Shown: in pieces, positions 51,438-54,370 of the stretch
Numbering within the stretch: the first letter of the stretch is position 1
Layout of the letters: each line of letters begins with the position of its first letter
Virus record (IMG/VR): IMGVR_UViG_3300046167_000449
Span: 1-54,370 of that record
Reading direction: 5' to 3' (one strand)
DNA length: 54,370 nt
Origin: a virus
Taxonomy: Duplodnaviria > Caudoviricetes
Notes under the pieces: model-generated
What the model saw: only the letters and a program-made list of their open reading frames with translations
The model's database searches: none
Told to the model about the DNA's origin: nothing
Made by a program: the position numbers and the translations under genes

Positions 51438-52628
51438 ATGGCAAATCAAGAAAACAATAAAGTTATTTCACCAGTTATTGAAAGTGGCCATGGTCACATT
51501 TTTCATGTTAATGGTGCAAACTTTAAAGTGACTGGATCTCATATAGAACCAGTAGCTGAAACTAACGATGTATTTAATACACTAGTTAGTGCTAATAATT
51601 TATTTACAATCAATGAGAATGGAATTTCATTCTACTACGATTACAACAATAAGCAAGCTATTTCTAAAATCGAAGAAAATGCAGATGTAAACTTCGATAA
51701 GATGAATGACTTAAACGATAAGATTAGTTTCTTAAATGAGTCAATTAAAGAACTTAGATTAGCTGGTAAAAAAGGAAAAGCTTTAGAGACTGCTACTAAA
51801 GAGTTAGAAACTACTCAAGAAGAATTAAACGAAACTAAAAGATCTTCAATTGCAATTCAATTTACTTATATAAAAGAATCAAATAAATTCTTTGCAGGTA
51901 AAATGGAAATCACTTTAGGTGGTGAAGAGAGACTTGCAGAAAGATTCTTTACCGTAGGTTATATCAAAGTTGAAGACAAACCTATCTTAGAAGCATTCCA
52001 AGTTGCTGCAGAAAACTTTGATACTTACAAAGTTTTAGATTTTGTAGAAGAGTCTACTAAAGATCAAATCACTGTAGTTTCTATGAAAGCAGAAAATAAT
52101 GCTTTTATTTACAGAAAGAATAATGATACTAAAATTGTAGAATTCAAAAAATTATTAGCTGATGCTGCTATAGAATATGTAGCAGAACAAACAGGAGCTG
52201 ATGTTACTGAATTATATGCTGAAGTTTTAGAATCTCTAGTAGAAAGAAGAAAAGCTAAGAATGAAAAGATTAATCTTTACAATGAGATGTTATCATTCTT
52301 ACATGACCAAGTAGGTAGATTAGCAGAAGCTGATAGAAATCTACCAGATATTAAAGCAGCAGATAATTTATTAAAAACTGAAATTAAAAGAATTTCAGAA
52401 GAATTAGCTGGTGTGCAAAATGAAGATATTTTAGATATTGAAGATGGATATGTCTCTGCTCAATTAAAAGTAGAATCTGATGGTTATCCAAAAGACCAGG
52501 TAATGAGAGTAGACGCTCTTGAATATACTAATGCAGGAAAGAATGATATACTTACAGTATTCATAAAAGATGAGCCTGCAAGAATTGAAAAGTTTAAAAT
52601 TGCTTTAGATTCTAAAGATGCAGTTTAA
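51438..52628 (+). CDS. Late acidic coiled-coil protein (putative virion/head component)
   Basis: Late promoter at 51405; terminator downstream. Confidence 0.5.
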   Translation: MANQENNKVISPVIESGHGHIFHVNGANFKVTGSHIEPVAETNDVFNTLVSANNLFTINENGISFYYDYNNKQAISKIEENADVNFDKMNDLNDKISFLNESIKELRLAGKKGKALETATKELETTQEELNETKRSSIAIQFTYIKESNKFFAGKMEITLGGEERLAERFFTVGYIKVEDKPILEAFQVAAENFDTYKVLDFVEESTKDQITVVSMKAENNAFIYRKNNDTKIVEFKKLLADAAIEYVAEQTGADVTELYAEVLESLVERRKAKNEKINLYNEMLSFLHDQVGRLAEADRNLPDIKAADNLLKTEIKRISEELAGVQNEDILDIEDGYVSAQLKVESDGYPKDQVMRVDALEYTNAGKNDILTVFIKDEPARIEKFKIALDSKDAV

Positions 52629-52653
52629 TTAAACTTTCTTCCTAAATCCCACT

Positions 52654-52694
52654 AAAAGCCCGTTTCGAAACATTCGGGCTTTTTTTTCATATAA
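52654..52694 (+). terminator. Terminator hairpin overlapping a GAAAC-N18-TATAA promoter
   Basis: AGCCCG/CGGGCT stem plus T7; GAAAC at 52667 in the loop, TATAA at 52690. Confidence 0.75.
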
Positions 52695-52716
52695 TAGTAA
52701 ATTAAACAAAGCAAAC

Positions 52717-53095
52717 GTGCCAAGAAAAAAGAATTATCTAAATAATAAAGATCTATACAATCAGATTGTGCAGTCTTTAGAGGATGATAAGTTAACTAGG
52801 GATGCTGAAAAGATGTTAATTCTTTTAGCAGAGAGGGCAATAAGAAAACTAGTTTATGTAAATAATGATGATAGAAATGATTGTCTACAATTTGCAATAC
52901 TAGACCTCTTAAAATACTGGCGTAACTTTAATCCCAAATATACCAACGCGTTTGCTTATTTCACAGAGATAGCAAAAGAGAGGGTATGCGAAAGGTTGGA
53001 ATAAAATCCACCCACAAAAATATAAGAACACAATGTCGATGGATAAGATTAATACCAATAATGGTAGTTCAGAAGGCGGAATGTTTAATATATAA
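52717..53095 (+). CDS. gp55: Late-transcription sigma factor (T4 gp55-like), frameshift near 52980
   Basis: YLNNKDL, NFNP and NAFAYFTEIA. Confidence 0.85.
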
Positions 53096-53572
53096 ATGTC
53101 AATAAAGAACTTAAAACCCAGAGGGAATTCAGGTTTTGTACAAGGCTATTACGAGCCACAAAATCCAGACAAATACATCGGTCCAACGCCGATCATTTAT
53201 CGTTCCTCATGGGAAAGAAAGTTTTGTATTATGTGTGATACTAAAGATAACGTATTAAAGTGGTCAAGCGAACCTGTGGAAATTGCTTATATTTCTAGAA
53301 TTGATAATAAAAAGCGAAAGTACTATCCGGACTTCTATATGAAGACCAAGAATGAAGAGGGTATTGAAGAAGAGTTTATAGTTGAAATCAAACCAGAAGC
53401 TCAAATTAAAAAACCTAGACCACCTCTTAAGAAATCAAAGAAGGCTTTAGAATCGTATAAGTTTTTAGCAGAGCAATATGTTAAGAACACTGACAAATAT
53501 AAATATGCGCAAGCATGGTGTGAAAGTCGTAACATGAGATTTATCGTGTTAACGGAAAAGACACTTAAATAA
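53096..53572 (+). CDS. gp4: Head completion nuclease (T4 gp4, TnsA-like)
   Basis: YRSSWE, WSSEP, YYPDF, EIKP and FIVLTE. Confidence 0.9.
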   Translation: MSIKNLKPRGNSGFVQGYYEPQNPDKYIGPTPIIYRSSWERKFCIMCDTKDNVLKWSSEPVEIAYISRIDNKKRKYYPDFYMKTKNEEGIEEEFIVEIKPEAQIKKPRPPLKKSKKALESYKFLAEQYVKNTDKYKYAQAWCESRNMRFIVLTEKTLK

Positions 53573-54153
53573 TGGGACAAGTTAAAAAGAACATAAAAGA
53601 ATTAGCTAAAGATGCCGGCGGTAGAGGCGGAGCAAAATCTGCTGCTGAAGCCTGGTTCGTAGATTCTAAGAAGTCTATTAGAGAAGGTGCAGTACAGAGT
53701 ACGGCAAGAAGATTTAGACCAGGACAGGTCTATGTGTTTAGATACGACGATCCTAAATATGCAACAGAGTGGGATAGAAATCCATGTGTATTAGCATTGG
53801 ACCCAGCAGGTAATAATGACTGTGGCATTAATCTAAACTTATTACCACCTAATATTAAAGAAGAACTACTAGATGTAGTTTACGAAAGATTCAAAGGTTA
53901 CTTAAAGGGACAAGAGGGAAAGCCGGCTAAAAACCAGGCTCCGCTATCATTAAGTTATGATGGTGCAAAGGGCTTTTTAGGTAAATTTGGATTTGATTTT
54001 GCGATTAGACAATATATCCCTAGTCGTAAATCACAACAAGCAGTAGTAGGATATGAACACTGGGCCAGAATCGCACTTGCTGATTTTCTACAGTTAGAAG
54101 GCATGGGAGTTGGTGCTATCAGGGCAATGTTCAGAAACCACTTAAATAAATGA
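53572..54153 (+). CDS. gp2: DNA end protector (T4 gp2-like)
   Basis: YVFRYDDPK...WDRNP...GINLNLLP...IRQY. Confidence 0.8.
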   Translation: MGQVKKNIKELAKDAGGRGGAKSAAEAWFVDSKKSIREGAVQSTARRFRPGQVYVFRYDDPKYATEWDRNPCVLALDPAGNNDCGINLNLLPPNIKEELLDVVYERFKGYLKGQEGKPAKNQAPLSLSYDGAKGFLGKFGFDFAIRQYIPSRKSQQAVVGYEHWARIALADFLQLEGMGVGAIRAMFRNHLNK

Positions 54154-54182
54154 GATATATAAAACAGAAATAATACTATATT

Positions 54183-54370
54183 ATGGCAGGATTTACCGAA
54201 AAAAGAAACGGACCATTCAGTTCTAACACAAGACCATTTAGCCTTTCAAATGCTTTGAAAACGCTAAGTTCTTTTGGTATGCGTTATGACGACATGGTAC
54301 TTAGACAATCTCAAGCAATTGGTCCAATGGAAGACCAGTTTGGCTATAGAGAGATGAACCCGTTTGGCCT
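54183..54370 (+). CDS. 5' part of a late gene, probably portal (gp20-like); truncated by the window edge
   Basis: GATATATA at 54154; open frame MAGFTEKRNGPF...LSSFGMRYDDMVLR. Identity inferred from context only. Confidence 0.4.
   Translation, partial: MAGFTEKRNGPFSSNTRPFSLSNALKTLSSFGMRYDDMVLRQSQAIGPMEDQFGYREMNPFG

Noticed and set aside
524-53095. Numerous frameshifts read as programmed frameshifting or pseudogenes
   Set aside because: They hit essential genes (gp61, nrdA, gp46, gp55), those I reconstructed are single extra bases in short runs, and they share no slippery motif or stimulatory structure. Long-read error is the simplest explanation; read-level polishing would confirm it.
53096-53572. 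TnsA transposase of a Tn7-like element
   Set aside because: Its position between gp55 and gp2 and its motifs identify it as the T4 gp4 head-completion nuclease.

Overview
An AT-rich, gene-dense, almost entirely plus-strand segment of a large T4-like (Tevenvirinae-style) myovirus genome. The host is probably a Bacteroidota/Flavobacteriia bacterium, inferred from the signal-peptide beta-barrel gene, the TAnnTTTG-like early promoter and A-rich translation starts without a Shine-Dalgarno. Left to right it contains: giant baseplate/adhesin and tail-fibre genes (one ending in a complete Hint/mini-intein domain); RuvC-like resolvase, gp32, gp61, UvsY and UvsW; a roughly 9.4 kb late operon of head-packaged proteins carrying T4-type capsid-targeting sequences and built as strings of small domains separated by ESxxNE-type prohead-protease linkers; a putative pyrimidine-hypermodification operon; a split B-family DNA polymerase whose halves flank nrdB, nrdA, an outer-membrane barrel and a probable clamp; UvsX, a 2OG-Fe(II) oxygenase, gp41, gp47, gp46, a gp15-like gene, gp55, gp4, gp2 and the start of a probable portal gene. 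Three promoter classes are readable: a 70-bp early element, GAAAC-N17/18-TATAA, and GATATATA. There are several candidate structured RNAs. Many single-base frameshifts break conserved genes and are most likely long-read errors, so genes were reconstructed across them. All family assignments come from motif recognition by eye, not database searches.
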